A stretch of DNA of 64,000 nt from Phoronis australis (taxonomy: Eukaryota > Animalia > Phoronida), in the NCBI GenBank assembly GCA_002633005.1, contig NMRA01000073.1, positions 890,911 to 954,910 of the forward strand, given 5' to 3'. The position numbers were made by a program, and so were the translations under genes. Shown in pieces: positions 39,270-51,828 of this stretch. Under the pieces are notes generated by a model. That model ran no database searches. It was not told the origin of the DNA and was given only the letters and a program-made list of their open reading frames with translations. Every line of letters begins with the position of its first letter. Within the stretch, counting starts at the first letter, position 1.

Positions 39270-39523
39270 CATGCGCGCACCCAGGGGGGCTCGGGGGTCT
39301 CGAAGGAGCCCCCCCATTTAGCGAAGTGGGCAAAAAGGTCCGCCCCTGAGAGACAAAAAGTCCGAGAAAATGGGACAAAAGTCCACTACATAATTGCACA
39401 CGCGCACTTCACAGTGGTGCTCCCGTTTTTTTTTTCTTTTTAGTCTGCCCGCTCTTTTGTTAGAAAAAGGTCCACAACGTCAGGAATTCGAGCCCCCCAT
39501 ATTGAAGGCTGGGTGCGCGCATG
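39270..39523. mobile_element. MITE with perfect 15-bp TIR and 5-bp TSD AAGAA
   Basis: AAGAA|CATGCGCGCACCCAG ... CTGGGTGCGCGCATG|AAGAA. Confidence 0.85.
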
Positions 39524-39646
39524 AAGAATGCCTATTTTTTCTAAAAATTACTTTGTTTCAAATTGAAAGGAAAATATATGTTCAATTGGTATCTTGCTTC
39601 ATTTTTACAAAATCGCGGTTTCCAATGAATTTCTTCAAATTCATGT

Positions 39647-42600
39647 TTAAATTTTCCAGTCCGCTTTATGTCCCATTTTCATTTTCAATTCTCTCTTATT
39701 TTTTAAGCGTCTTTTGTAAATAGCTATCCATTCGCGTTCTTGATCTCGTCCGAACTTGATTGGCGTTCGTTGTCCCTCGGATGCTGGTTTGACAATCACG
39801 TCACCTCCCGGGGTAGCGTTAGTGTTCACGTTTACATTCAATTCTTCACTCGTTCCCTTGCGCACAACCTGTATAAATAAAACAAATCACACTGCGAGGG
39901 ACTAGGTCGTACTTTTGCCCATTACCATGTTGTGAGAAACAAAAATCGTTTAAGTTTCTATTGCCTTTCTCTGCATTTCAACGTAACACATTAAAATTTT
40001 TCCAAATTGTGACATGCATAATTAGACCACATGGAGTTGCATGCGTGGTTTTAAGGTCTAGGAACCTTGTACAGGTATAGACCACATTGAGTTGTCTCGA
40101 GGACAGTGTAAGGTTATAAGGACCCAGAGAGAGAGAGCAATGTTGCCCGAAATATACATGTTTACCACTGTATGGTAAGAAATGCCAAGGGCACACCTTC
40201 AGATGGGAAAGACTAACCTAAAACTACGAAGGATGGACGAGAAATTGAAAGGGTGGGGTTTTGATGGGGAAGATAAGCATTTTTTTAGTTTATCCTTCTC
40301 AGATCGCGTGTCTGGATGTTCGTGTTGTTTGTCAAACGTAAATTTCTATTCACTTGGTCGCACCCGACATTATTGTGAACACGTAGGCACGCGCAGAAAT
40401 CTAGACAGTAATATTTCGTGTGAAAATAAGTTCAGGTCCAGAAAATGCTTGGTTCGACACATGGTCAACACCTTGCTGAAGTTTTCTTTACAATGTCCGT
40501 TTCTAAAACGGTTATCAAATGCCTGAGTTGCAATGGCGTGCTAATAAATTACTCAAACAATGGAATTACTTTCACAACACAACTCCGACCTTACCACTTT
40601 GGGCCCTTCTGATTGGTCAAATCTCACAGGATGTTCCCTCCTTCCCATTGGCAGTTCGAGCTTCATATTAAATGATAAAATCAACCTATGTTTTGATTAT
40701 AATTATCTCTGAGACCTAAGGACATTCAGCAATCTGTCTCATAACTTCCCAATCAGTAATAGTCATCTTGTTCCACCAGTTCATTTTGAAAACACTTCGC
40801 TGACAATTCTTACTTACTTGTGCCCGTACGCTGTTCATAGAGACCATTGACCCCTTAACAGCCATCTCCTCTCTTGAATGATTTCCCCTCCTCGACTTCG
40901 GACGCGTGGACGATGGTGACCCCTGTCGGTCTTCACCCATTATTCTTCTTGTAACTGACGGGACAGGTGTTACATTAATCTCCGCATCAATCTCGTCGTC
41001 ACTGTCAGAATCCTTCTGTAGCAGCGTAGGCACAGACACTGCGTGGCCTTGCGACTCGAGTTCAATTTCTTTGGCAACTTTGTTAGCTTTGACATGCATC
41101 ACTTGCTGCGAATACATTGGAAGAATATCCAAAGAAGAATCTTCAGAATAACTGCTCATAGATCCTTGTTGGCTAAAGCTGGATTTAGAAGCTGACTGTT
41201 TCGTCACCTTGATTTCCGAAAAAGACGTTTTCTTCATTCCTTTTTGTTTCCCGTCTCCCGTTTTCGAAGCCTTCGCCGAATCTTTTTTCAAAATTGACTT
41301 GGATGTTGCTTTCACTGGATTTTTTTTGCCTGAGCTTACTTGTGTGATCTTACTAGATTGAGAGCAGGAATCATGGTTCACGTGCCTGCTAGAAGAGTTG
41401 TCATTTTCGTTTCCGTCGCTTCTAGTGCCTATTAGTTCCGATTTCGACTGTTGAACAGTTGATGATTTCGTTATAGAACTTATTCTTGAACTATTTTTTG
41501 TTTCATGTTTCTCGTTTGATGGTCTCTTATGCTGCGAATGTTTACCGGAAAGCCTCCTTTTTGGCGGCATTGTGCCATCAACGTTGAAGATCAGGGAAAT
41601 GTTCGCTTGCTGGTTCCATTTGCTTTCATGAACTGCTATCATTTCTTGAATAACCAGGTGTTTCAAAACATCCTTTGACTCTTGCTCAGTTTTTGGTAAA
41701 TCACTGTACTTAAGATTAATGGATCCTCCTGACCCGCTTCCTCTCATTATCTGGCTCACACTTTTAAGAGCATTGATAGACGCAACGTCGTGGTGAGAGG
41801 TTACTTTCTTGCCATCCCCACTTAGCAGTGTTGGTAAAACAGCATCTATGACAGTTTGAATAACATGCCGAGCTGCCTCCCTCAAAGAAGCCTCTGCGTG
41901 ACACCATTCGTTTGTTAGAAATTCCATGTCGCTCTTTCCAGGAAATGTATAGCTTTTAATCTCCTCCTCCAGCTGAACAAAATGCGTGACATCTAGCACG
42001 TGAGAATCTGTGCAAAAAGCAAACTGCTCCAGGTCGGACACTTCGCTACTTACAGACACGGAGCCGATATTACCTTTTGCATCCCGGTCGACATTTAAAC
42101 AGAACACAAAGTTCTTGACGTCCTCGCCCGCGGAATTGAGTACAGAGTCCGATTTGGTTACTGTGTGAGAAAGTTCGTGCTTTTGTAGAACAGCTGAACT
42201 GTTTGACGTATTAATGTTTAAATGCTTTTCGGAATTTGAAATGTTTATCTTTTCATTAGAATTAAACTCGGCAGCATTGTCCTCGATGGCAAAGACTAAT
42301 GAAATATTTGTCTTCTGAGTAGCGCCATCTATCACATTTTCCAAGCTGTCGCGAATAATGAGTTCGTTGAACACATTCGGATGCGCTGATTTTGGTGTTT
42401 TCGATTTTTGTGGTAAGCCGTGAATGGAAAGTTCCCCTACATGAAATTTGGAGTCTCCATGTACAATAGTAAGCGTTTCTTTAGACGTAGCGTCAGTTAG
42501 CACTCTATTAATTGTCTCTAGCTTTTGTCCGAAGAGTGATTGTCGCCTAGTTGTTGCCGTCGGTATTTTCGCGTCATTCTGGAGTCGATGGAACGAGGAG

Positions 42601-45063
42601 TGTGGAGTTTCACCCGTAATGTGGACACTCAACAGCACGGCGTCGATGACATGCTGGACAACCTGCCGTGCAGCAGCTCGCAATGCTGCTGGTAGTTCCG
42701 CCAGTGACTCTCTCGTTTGTATCGTGGTGTTTTGCTCTTGTTCTAACAGTTCTTGCAAGTGAAGGATTGATTCCAAGCTTAGAGGATGTCGCCCAACACT
42801 CGCGGATGATATGACGCCGTTAACATCTTTTTGCAGATTCACAGTGAAGACAAAATTGTCTACGTGAGTACCAGAGTCCGTAATTACTTCTTGAGATGAT
42901 GGATTCATGTCGGTGGTGGGTCGCAAGTGGGCAACTTTGGCCTCAGAGTGCGACATCCGCTCTATTTTGACCGACTCATCCGTCAAAAAAGTTACACTGA
43001 TGTTTGTCTTTGCGTTCACTTCACCAAACTTTTCCTGCACCACCTCCTGGATATTCAATGTGTTGAAAAGATCACTTGCATCTCCTACTTTCTGTTCACC
43101 GGCGCTTTCTGGATCTGGTTCCTGGTACGTCACAGCGGTTATGCATTTTACACCTGTCCCTGACGGTTTATTAGTCTTAATCGATCTGTTACTCTCAATG
43201 CTGCTGATTATTTTCTTCAGTGTGTGCGTGTCCTGATGGGATTCCGATACCACATTTGTGGCAGTTTCATCACACAAACTTTTCAGTAAGTCTAAAACCA
43301 CCCCTTCTGCACAAGAATCTAAAGTTTGCGGGCTTGCTAATCCATTTCGTTTTTCCTCAATAAATTCTTGAAGGCGTAAAATCGAGTGCACGTTAACCAA
43401 ATGCCCTTGTATGGTGGCTGACGATATTTTGTTTTCCTCATCTTTGTGGAGACTGACAGCCAAATTAATGTCATTATCTTGAAGTTGATTTTGCTGCGTT
43501 GATGAAGTCACGCTGTCTCGCCTGCCACATTCGTCAAAAACTATCGATACTCTGTTCCGCTTAACGTGCGGTGCATTAGTAAGCGATGATGAGTTCTCGT
43601 GGTGCCCGCTGAGTCGATCTGATTTGGTTTTCTTTATCGGACATTCTCCGTTGTAAGTCAAAACGTATTCACATTTTGTAACATTCTGATGGTCAGTTAC
43701 ATCTTCGTCGTCCTTCTGAGCCCGGAATGTCAAGCCAAATAAACTTTCATTTCCTTCCTCTTGCAACAAGCGCTCTACAAACTCAAGTTTTTCGTTAAAT
43801 TCTGAAAGCTCAATTTTATCACACCACGTTGCCTTCAGCTTCTGTTCCGACTTACTGTGATTCCCTTCCCGCTGTTCGCGGTAGTACTTCAGCACCACGT
43901 CAACAACGTTTTGAATGACAGCGCGAGAAGTGGCACTTAGTTTGTCTGTTGAATCGATGTAACTACCACTGTGTCTTTGATTTTCTTTCGTTTCCTGTTG
44001 TTCATCAATGAACTTCTTCAAGCGTCGGATGCTTTCTACATCAAGAGGATAACCGCCCACGACTGCAGACGATATATTACCGCTAACATCCCTTTCTAAA
44101 TCAATGGTAAGCATCACGTTGTCCTTACTTCGGGAGCTCTTGGGAGTAATTTTTGAAGTTTTGGATGAAAGAGAGCTTCTTTCTAAGGGCATACTTTGAT
44201 GACTTTGACATGAGGGATGGATGTTTTGTTCATTATTCTGTAAAATGTCAGACTTCTGATTACGAACCTCAGTTGGTTTAGAAGTCGCCACATCATGGCA
44301 GGCTCTGTGAACGATTTCAGTTACGTAAGTCTTAACAGTCCTCACCAAAGAGGGCGCAGCGGATAGCGTCATCATGCTACTGACCGTTTTAATCAATGTG
44401 TTGCTTGCACAAACTGCGAGTTCTGAGCACTTCGCTGTAAGAGTGGTCTTTGCACTTAACCAGGAATGCTCGTCACTTCGGGGGGTGGCATTTGCACTTC
44501 GGGGGGTGACATTTGCTGCGGTTGCTGGAAGGACGATAGTATGTGATGTTTTCGCTTTTCTTTTGACCCGTCTGAAAGCGATGACGACTGTGCCCAAAGC
44601 GCAACCAAATAGCATCAAAAACAACAGTAGAATGGCAGTTTGCTGGAAAATAATGCAACGAACACTGCAATCTAAACGAGATTCAATTTCATGCCTCTTT
44701 GGTTAAAATATGGAATTGGGTGCTCAACTTCAAGTCAAATAGTCTTGGCATATTCTCCTAATGTAAGTATTCCTTATTTGAAAGCACGCACGTTTTTGAC
44801 GGCAGCTAAAATCAATTCACTTTATTGAAGAACCTACCACGACTACCATCAAATACGAATAAACAGAATGCACAATACACGCAACTAGCCAGCAGAGTAT
44901 TGTAACAGAAAGTCACTAAAATTTTATCAGAACTTAGGAACATGTTCTCAGAGAGTTTTACCGTAGATTTGAGTTCTCTTGGAGGCGATGGTAAAATGTC
45001 GACGATTTCCATAACAGATGTAGTTGCGGGAGCATACGCTTGTGGTGTTTTAGCTACACTCAT
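39647..45063 (-). CDS. Unrecognised membrane protein, about 1430 aa. Exons 45063-44821, 44642-40818, 39868-39647: N-terminal two-TM hairpin, four internal repeats, Ser/Lys-rich tail
   Basis: Phase-0 junctions FFNK|GTGAAT...TTTTCCAG|QTAILLLFLMLFGCALGTVVIAFRRVKRK and VRAQ|GTAAGT...TACAG|VVRKGT; one 3.8-kb open exon. Confidence 0.75.
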
Positions 45064-46454
45064 GTCGTTAGGAGAAAATAGCAAACCGTTTATCGAGCAA
45101 ACAGCTAGCTTGAAGACTCTGTAAACAACATGTTTAAAAACACTTAATACTTGAAAAGTTAATGTCGTTTTGTGAAGCTTTTAGTTGAGACTGAACTTGC
45201 AACCCGCGCTGTACTGGATGGCCAGAAACTGCCAACTTCAAACTCAACCATGTTTCTAACGGCTAATCTGTCCAAAAGCAATTGATACTTTGTTCGTGTT
45301 ATCCTTGTGTAAAATTACGTCACATAATTATCTTACTGAAACGGAGCTGTACCGAACGCAGAACGTTTTTGAATAACGATTCGAATCTCACCATAAATAA
45401 CGAATTTTTCTGATTAGACATTTGAATTTTCAATGCTCAATTACACAATCATGTTGTCGATGATACTTCCGGTATTTTACTGCCGTAAATTCAGATAGAC
45501 TACAGGGGCCCGGGAGACAATGATGCAAACGTTGTTTTCCTTCTGATTCTTCGTAATGCACATACAGTACATGAATTGCCAGCATGAAAATTACCAATCA
45601 CAATAACCGTGAACCTTATACCTTAAACTTTATCCGTTCTCCTGTTACGAGAAAGAAAATTCACACGTGCAGTATATTGCAGAAAACTGCCTATTTCACA
45701 GGAGAGAGAACTTTCAGTCACCGGATGACAGAAATGAAGAATTTACGTAATTCATTACTCTGGGCATGCTTGAGAGGAACCGTAAGGTCTATGGTCTAGA
45801 CGCCTTTCTACAATTCGACTGAGCTGTGTTTCAGTGGCTGTCTCGCCCTCGGTAATGCACTGTTTTGCGTGTTCGTATCCTACTACTATTTCGAAGGTTG
45901 AATTCTATGTTACTGCACTACTTTGGTATAAATACATGGAGTAGACACCACAATTGCCAGGTAACTTTTACTCGTCCTACTATACAGTGTGAAAGAGTAA
46001 ATTCTTACGCATCCCAACCGTGCGCTTCTTCCGGTTTCTCCAAGCAATTTGTCACGGTACCAGAGATGGTTCCGGTTAGCGATCCGGTAGTATCTGCAGC
46101 ACCATCGAACCCTTGAAGAAGCAAATCACTGCCAGGGAAAGCAAAAGAAAAGTGGTATAGACCATGATCCCAGCATTGTTTCGCACGTGTGGTTGATTTG
46201 AGGATTATGCAAGAATTAAAGTGTAAATTGCAAGGTCTCAACCAGTCTGAACAACAATATGCTCTAAATTCATGTTTATAATTATTATTGCTATATTCTT
46301 AATATTAACTGAATTGTACGTCGCTATAAAAAGTTATTTACATATTTGTTGCCGTGGCGTTGTAACGCCATTGTTGTAACGGAAAATAGAAACGGCGCCA
46401 TTTTCCTTCGTTACACATCTGTGACGTGGTGTTGGGGAACACAAAGAAAACAAT

Positions 46455-48255
46455 ATGGATCCCAGTGAGTACAGCAGCGTAGATGAAGAATATTTTGAAA
46501 GATACAGGGAGGGTCAGGTGGAGTTTTCAGACGATTCTGACGTTTCGGATGTGGAGGAGGAGGCGACAGACCCCATAGGAACCGTTGAATTTGTGCTCAC
46601 ACCTTCTCTCTAGTAGAACCGTTTCCCTTGCTCCGGTTGTCGACGATCCAGCCCCAGCCGGTTCGTGCAGTGAATATCAACGGGCAGAAGGTGCGCAGGA
46701 GTTGCGACAGAATGTTAGTGACTGGTAAGAATATTATAAATATGCATCATACTACCGCGAATTACTACTTGGTCTTTTTTAATTTTAAGTTCAGTAGCTT
46801 TACCGGTCACTCCCAGGCGCTCTCGTCCCCACTGATGAATCATTTTTCAGCCGTGGATAAGTACCAGTTTCAGTGATAAAAAATGGGACTCGTTGCACTT
46901 ACGCAAATCACTCAACAATGTGTGGTCTTTCATTATTTGTAGACAGTGGCGCATTGGTTTGGGCCCCGGACTCTTGTTTGTGAGACTCGGGTTCGAATCC
47001 TGGCTTTCACTGGCAGACAATTGGGCATTGTACGAAGTTGTCTCCTACTCCCCTGAGCTCAGTCTTACTAGTGAGTGAATAAATGTATGCATGGGAAAGA
47101 ATGAGAACCACCTCCCAATACTCAACTGTGTAGTGTAAACAAGAGGAAAAAAGAATTGCAATTTTGCAACTTAGACTTTCTTACCTGGGGGCCGGAGGGA
47201 ATTCCATGGGTTATAAAACAGGTCACTTCATTTTCATACTCTAGGGCCAAGTCAACTTGGACCCAGAGCAATGTACACACGTTTTTCTAACCAGGTTTAG
47301 TTTGTGTAAGTCAATGCTTTCATGCCTATGTACCTAATGTTGCTGTTATTTGTGAAAATTGGTACATGGCTTGGGTGCGAGTTGACTTGGGAAGGAACCG
47401 TCTGGTAAAGTTTCTAAAGAGTATAGAAGGCATCGGATATTGAGAAGTTTTTAAAAATGTTTACTGTAATATTCACGATTATTAACAAAACAGACCCCTC
47501 CATCAATGAATCAGGTGTCAGCAAATCAAACTAAGTATGTCCATTCCTATATATATATCCCCCAGGCATGATCTGCCACTGCCCTGGGTGTAGCAGTATT
47601 CATTTGTATGAAAAGTAAATATCTTTACTATTTATGTGATGTTTCAAAGCTTGTTTTTTGGAATTTAGTTTCATTTTTGTTCTGTTTTAAACAGGTCGCT
47701 GCTCAACAATCAGTCTTCTCGAAAACTGAGGTCATTGCAAACCCTCAATTAATTTGGCCGAGACACTCTTGGTAAATCAGTAATTTTTTCAATTCGACAT
47801 TTTGATGTTTACTAAAGTAATGTATACATATTGTCACATCTTGCAGGTGCACGTGTGACAACTGTCAGACTACTGCAGTCATTGAAGAAAGAGTATGTTG
47901 TCAAGAAGTCGACAAAGTTATTGCTAAACTTGAGGACGAAATGAAGAGGGACAACTTAAACGGAAGAAAAAAATGTATCGTGTACCATGGAAGTTTTCAA
48001 CCTGTGTGCATCAATCGTGATGTTTTGGAGACTGCATGGTTGCAGTATAAAAGCCAATATCCGGATGGCTATGACGGACCCTTTGATAAAAGGATGCGAC
48101 ACATAGCCTACAGACAGTTCCAAAGATGGGTGCATGGTCACCTAGGACGAACTGTCCGTGTTGTAATTCCAGCATGCGCAGTAGCCTGCATCAGAGCTTT
48201 TTACCCTCCACCGGGAAATGAGGAGGACTTTGAGTTTCAAGGGTTTTCTTATTAG
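46455..48255 (+). pseudogene. KolX / P2X7 C-terminal ballast-like Zn-binding protein; exons 46455-46724 (disrupted) and 47847-48255 (open)
   Basis: The spliced join gives QNVSDW|CTCDNC...EERVCCQE...CIVYHGSFQPVC...RHIAYRQFQRWVHGHLGRTVRVVIPACAVACIRAFYP. Exon 1 has an in-frame TAG near 46611 and a net frameshift. Confidence 0.8.
46944..47080 (+). mobile_element. tRNA-derived SINE-like fragment inside the KolX intron
   Basis: A box TGGCGCATTGG and B box GGTTCGAATCC at Pol III spacing; no convincing cloverleaf. Confidence 0.5.
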
Positions 48256-49128
48256 TTTCATTTATGTATATATATATCGAGTTGTCTTATCCCTGGAATG
48301 CCAACTCCAGCTCATTACCTAAGTACTCTATTACTAAAACTTGTGACTCGGGGAGTATCTACTTTGGACGAGTTGAAATAAGTGACAAGTTCCATAGAGA
48401 GAACAAATATCCTAACAAACGAATGCAATCACAGCGCAATCTCAGTGGTACAAAAATGAAGTTGGCATTCCATGATGGATTTCTGTGTTTTCAGAATGGT
48501 AAACAATTGACAAAGAAAGTAGCATATATTGATGTTCAGGAACTTATAGTGACATGGTCATGACAAGTGTAATGTTACTAGAACTACATTATAAACCTCT
48601 AAACTCAACATCAGTTATGGTTTACTTAGGAATTGGTCTCACTGGAGTTGTTAGTGAGTTTCAAGTGAACACATTCAACAATATTGCTGTTACATAAAAA
48701 TCTGGACTATTGTCTGAGGTAGAGACTGAATCTCCTGCCCTCTTCTTATACAGTAGGACTCGTTACATTGGTAGTGCTTCATTGGAAACTAGAAAGGCTA
48801 GCATGCATTAATTCCTGTAACGCCTCCAAGTAACTTTGACTTCGATGAAATATCTGTCTCACTGGCTCCAACTTACCGAGTTCTACTGTAATTCAACAAG
48901 ACATTAACTACCATGACGTGGCAAAGTACTGAATTTCCACCCAAAAGCTACAGTATGCAATAGCTTCAGATGTCTATGACATGGTATAAAACACACAAAA
49001 TTATACACATGTATAGGAAGTGAGAAATCTGGAGAGAGTGCTTGGACCACTCGCAAAAAAACTCGCAAGAAAATGTTAGACAGTAGAGTTGGGATTCTGT
49101 GCAAATGATTATTCTGTCGTACAATTTG

Positions 49129-49495
49129 AATGATATTGGCAGACACGAGAAGACTGACGACCCATGTATATTTTCATCACTACCAATGTTTTAGGGTTTT
49201 TTTTTTAAGCTGTACAGATAGCAATGCTAGAGTATTTATAGTACCAGTATTGGAAATCGTGAAACACTTTTGAGCGTGCCATATGGCTGTCCGCTTTGTA
49301 TAAACCCTGCGACATACTATGTTCTAACATTGAAACATTTCAATGTTACTTCAATATAATGACTATAAATATTGTGGCATAGCTTTTAGGTTTATTTGAT
49401 TAACAGTAAACTGTTGCCGTCCCATATAATGCATCGGTAAGGGGGCGAAAAGGTACCTGTGTGGGTCGTCAGTCTTTTCGTGCCCCAATATCATT
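49129..49495. mobile_element. Small TIR element nested in the Kolobok
   Basis: AATGATATTGGCAGACACGAGAAGACTGACGACCCA is an imperfect inverted match to TGGGTCGTCAGTCTTTTCGTGCCCCAATATCATT. Confidence 0.6.
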
Positions 49496-49554
49496 CATTG
49501 TCATGTATGTGATGGAAAGAAATATCAGTACTGTCCATTGACAAAACAAGCAGT

Positions 49555-50922
49555 CTAATTGAATTTGTCTGGATATCGGCTCCTCATCCGTGCCACGGCC
49601 TCCTCCTTGGACACGTCTGGAGCACCAGCACTCAGCATTGGAGGGGCGTCAATTTCCAAACAAATTTCGAGGTCACTGGCTTCTCTTTTATTTCGCAACA
49701 AGTGTAACGTATTCTTCCTTACTTCGTTCACATACTCTGAAAAGCACAACTGCAATTTAAAGTAAAAATCATTTTGAATCAATGATTTAAGTTAAACACG
49801 ACGTCACCTAAGTGCAAGTTTTCGCCTACTTTTATAACCTTCAAGCAAAGGCCAAAACCAGAGTTAACCCTGTTTTATTTTTGAAGCAGGTTACTTTAAT
49901 AATCAAAACCGTGCAACTTAAGTACCATCGTTAGAACAGTTCAAACTTTTGTCAGCACACCACCATCTATTACTTGGTTGACAAAACCCCACAAAGAACC
50001 TCCTGATGCTCAAATACAGTGGTCTCTGAAGCGCACCATAGCCTCGTAGGGGGCTGGGGGGGGGCGGTAGTAATAGCCGAGATTATCCGACTCAGGAATC
50101 GAACCCACGACCCCCATAAAACCGGCAAGCGTGCTAACCATTCAGCTAATAGGCAATTTCCCATTAGCGAGTAGCTAACAGAGGCTCATATGATTCACCG
50201 GAAGCACATCTACAACAGGGCTATAGTACATGTATGTAGTTACTTCAGAGCTGGGCCGCCCATCGGCATGGGCGGTGTGCACCATAGGGGGCTGATGGTA
50301 TTGTCCCCCCAAGTGCTGCTCTCCCCATAGTACCAGGTGTATATCTCCACTCTAATTTGGCTGAAGACAATGATTCTCAAAAATATGATACCCTAAATGA
50401 TCCTTACTGACTTCGCGTGACTTGACTTTGAGAACCATCAGCAAATGAAATTGCATTGGGTCAACATGATGCTCAACTAGCGCTGCTACACACACAACAC
50501 CAAGAACAGTTGAATCAACAAATAGCCTACTGGGCAACATTCCAAAGAAATACCACCGGCAACACTCAGCAATTGTTGACCGCGAGAACTATGGTGATTG
50601 CGAAAAAAGATCGTTATAGTTCAAGCACTGAGAAAGCGTCATGGATATAAGCCATAAATTATGAAGATAACTTACCTTTTCACAAGACCAGCTTCAAACT
50701 TCATGATATGTTTGTCGTCGAAGCAGCCGTCCTCAAAGTGGTCGGAGCATATTTCGGCTCCGACAGACTGGCCGACTCGACAGTCATTTTACAATGACGA
50801 GCAGTGCACACGAAAACGTGCCATTTTGCAGCCAGATGCTTGTCTTTGGGAAACCTAAATAGGGTCACGCCTTCCACCTGGCTGGTGTTAGCACAGTTGG
50901 CGCACACACACCGATGTACCAT
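49555..50922 (-). pseudogene. Kolobok transposase remnants: frameshifted THAP exon (50922-50676) and terminal exon (49736-49555); no DDE core seen
   Basis: MVHRCVCANC...LFRFPKD...KW then, in a shifted frame, ICSDHFEDGCF (THAP C2CH). The last exon reads YVNEV...PPML...SKEEAVARMRSRY, resembling Kolobok transposase C-termini as I recall them. Confidence 0.75.
50085..50150 (-). mobile_element. tRNA-derived SINE head
   Basis: On the minus strand, A box TAGCTGAATGG and B box GGTTCGATTCC. Confidence 0.45.
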
Positions 50923-51828
50923 GTCTAAATCACGCCAAGATTGAACGCTCCTTGTTCGTCTTCCACTGTTTTGTATGGGCGGTAAACTGCATTGTGGGAT
51001 ATTGATCTAGTTTGTGTTCCCCAACACCATGTCACGGTGTCAAAGGTCAACTTTTCGCGGATTTTTTTTAATTTTCGCTTTTTAACGTAACTACAGACAC
51101 AATAACATGATAATTGGAAGAAGATATATCCAACTAACAATATCTTGAAAATATTATTACAATTTAACATACTTAGACCTTGCAATTTACACTTTAAGTT
51201 ACACGTAAACTTGGAGGATTTTATGGCGCCTGTGGAGTTCTGAGCCAAATCTCGATTGATGAATGATTTTTGCCGTGTGTGCCAAAGGTAGGAAACGTTC
51301 AGAAACGGTTGAGGCCGCAGTAATTGATACCCCTTGAAAATCTGCCTAATTTGTGATGAGCCGCATGAAAGATTGGTGAACGACTGCCGTATTGTCGCGC
51401 CATTAGATCCATGGGCGTCTGTGCAGAAGTGCGCTTATGAGCGACACTTAGGCGCATGCGCCAATATGCAAATCCCTTGGAGAAAAGGCCACGAAAAGGG
51501 TGACAATACTGAAATACAAAACTATTTATCAAATTTTCTAAAAATACGCCAAGTATCTTCAACGAAACAAAGGAAAAAGTAAAAGCATTGCCATTAGGAA
51601 GCAGAGCGGTAATTAAAACGCGTGCTCTTATATGCGAATTAATGTATGGGCTAACGCAGGGTACCTTACCTGGACTTACATGCGAAACTTACGCCGATAT
51701 GCGAAGCACTTGGGTAAAAAAGGCCGCGAAGAATTATCTCATATATAGACCCACCGTAAAATAATGCGCCAAATTTTGGGGTTTTGAGATACTGGGTGCA
51801 GCATTTTCACCATCAGTTTTCACTCCTT

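Larger units (their letters stand above)
46220..51193. mobile_element. Kolobok DNA transposon (internally deleted, non-autonomous), 4974 bp
   Basis: TTAA|AGTGTAAATTGCAAGGTCT ... AGACCTTGCAATTTACACT|TTAA: perfect 19-bp TIRs, RR...YY ends and TTAA TSD. Contains THAP/transposase remnants on - and a convergent KolX on +. Confidence 0.9.

Noticed and set aside
46008-46128. Exon-like segment on - with AG and GT borders next to the Kolobok left end
   Set aside because: No recognisable product and no supported partner exon; it could be a UTR exon but this cannot be shown.
46944-47010. Possible tRNA genes here, at 50085-50150 and at 3448-3510
   Set aside because: A and B boxes are present but there is no consistent acceptor or anticodon stem, so they are better explained as SINE heads.
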